From Hormiphora californensis (Eukaryota > Animalia > Ctenophora): a DNA stretch of 64,000 nucleotides. A program made the position numbers and the translations under genes. Positions within the stretch are counted from its first letter, which is position 1. Every line of letters begins with the position of its first letter. This document shows, piece by piece, positions 62,388 to 64,000 of the stretch. Under the pieces are notes generated by a model that was not told where the DNA came from, made no database searches, and worked only from the letters and a program-made list of their open reading frames with translations. Location: assembly GCA_020137815.1 (NCBI GenBank), contig CM035356.1:7874001-7938000 (forward strand). Direction: 5' to 3'.

Positions 62388-63024
62388 TCAGTGTCCTCTA
62401 AGGTTCCCAATGACAGGTTTAATATTAATTAAAGGGTCTAACTTGTGCTTCGGGACCGGAGGTGTTGCCCCCGGTATTGCTGGCCCACTAAGAAAAAGCC
62501 CATAACTGAAGGCATCATTTTGTTGTGCAGCAGCCGCTGAACCCTCATAAGCATCACAAATACTGACCCCATACATAGGTCGCTGTTTCGAGGGTGCCCT
62601 TCTGTTCTTCCCTCCTGATTTGCTGGCTTGGTAACGGTCGTACAGTGTCGGGATGGTTTGTTGTTGTTGGAGGGGGTTGCTAAGGTGCTCCTTTATAAAT
62701 CTTCCTTTTGAACGTGCAACAGGCTCCGGTATTACCTCAGCCTTCTTTTTGTTGACCTGGAGTCCCTTGTGATCAACTGTTCCTGTGCCCGGTTTATACA
62801 AACTCTTGGCCACTGGCCCATGGTAAAGATGACCCCCTCCTCCTCCTCCACCCCCTCCCCCTCCACCAGCCCTCATTAGAAGACCCAGGGAGGTATTGGA
62901 AGCTGTCTCCTTCTTCTCGTTCTTATAGGTAGCGAGGCAGTCAGAGGTTTGTTGTTTCACCGCGACACTGGTGTTACCCGTACTATATTCAATGTGTGTG
63001 GGCCAATCTGCGTGGTGATAAACT
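62388..63024 (-). CDS. Probable terminal coding exon of an unknown gene (Gly-run, basic, low complexity)
   Basis: ~210-codon open frame beginning after CTAACACCCAG acceptor near 63025; possible upstream exon ending at the donor near 63600 (frame ambiguous). Confidence 0.55.
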
Positions 63025-64000
63025 GGGTGTTAGATGATATCTTACAAAACAGTATTGAAGTAGTCATAAATCAAATAAATTGAGATTACTGGCTAACTCG
63101 GGGCTTGCTATCTTTGCTACCCTCGTCCCACACGAGGGGGCTTGCTATAATGGGAGGGGTAACCGCCAAATGTATTGTTTTATTCGGTCGAACAAGGCAA
63201 CAAATGTACTGGGGTATCATAGGACCATGACATATTCAGCTTCACAAATTACAGACAACAATGAGACAGAGAGCAGCTATAATGCTTGTGTAGAGTGTGT
63301 ATCATGAAGAGTGGGGGTTCAGGTGGCTTCTGTTCGCATGAATGTAAGAGGGCAAAGATGCTTGGCAAGAAATGTTCCTGAATCCTGGTATTAAGATTCA
63401 CATGTGAGGAGGTTGATGGAAGGGCAGTTAGTGCAAGCTTTATTAGAGGTCTTTATGAAAAGGAAATGTAAGAGAAAAAAGCTCCCTAGTAAATTGTAGT
63501 TGTACGTAGGCATTTGTGGTGGAAAGCAATTATTAAAGAGCAATGTTTTAGACAATATGGTACCCAATTAGTACCTAAACCGGAATCAAGAATCAATTAC
63601 CTGGTTTAATGAGTGTAGGAAAGAACTGGTGATGATTTAAATGATGACCAACTATCCACGGCCAGACCCGGGAGCCCCACCCGGAGCTGCAGTTTCCCGG
63701 AGGTGGGTGATCGCCCCATCCAGGATCAATACCGGGGGAACAGATTGGTCGCTCAGCAATAGACTTGAGGCGGGTGCCGTGCTTGGCTTTCTGTTCATCT
63801 TGTTTGGACCCCCCGCGGAGAGGAGAGGGTGTCGGGCAGTGTTGTATAGTCTCATCTGTGGGCGGTTGTGTGAACACATTGTGGGCGTGATATCATGACT
63901 CCTCTGCACATTGTGATTGGATAATTGCTTGCCACAGAAAGATTAAAAGATAAAGAGAGTGAGTGGATCGAGAGAGTCATGTTTAAAATGAGCTGCTGAA

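Overview
Eukaryotic (metazoan), intron-rich, gene-dense window; most likely a ctenophore (inference from gene architecture and my unverified recollection that the 109-bp hAT MITE at 20903 is abundant in Pleurobrachia). Spliced genes I could reconstruct by eye: RUVBL2 (+), a secreted cystatin (-), a divergent glutathione synthetase (+), an intronless orphan ORF (+), CCDC15 (-) interleaved with an antisense class-A GPCR (+), ADHFE1 (+), citron kinase CIT (+, ~31 kb), LSM3 (+), ST13/HIP (+) and the 3' end of an unknown gene (-). Introns hold four tandem tRNA-Cys genes, two CR1/L2-group LINEs, about ten non-autonomous TIR elements and many micro/minisatellites. Most notable: (1) repeated tandem amplification of the splice junctions themselves (45 copies of an exon end plus donor in CIT; ~19 in ST13; 7 acceptors in ADHFE1); (2) an operon-like LSM3-ST13 pair and unpaired acceptors just before start codons, suggesting SL trans-splicing; (3) a GSS homolog with intact ATP-grasp residues but an altered substrate pocket; (4) a four-way-junction structured element, an internal module shared by two different TE superfamilies, and a foldback element with flip/flop ends. 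Coordinates were counted manually and may be off by a few bases; no searches were run.
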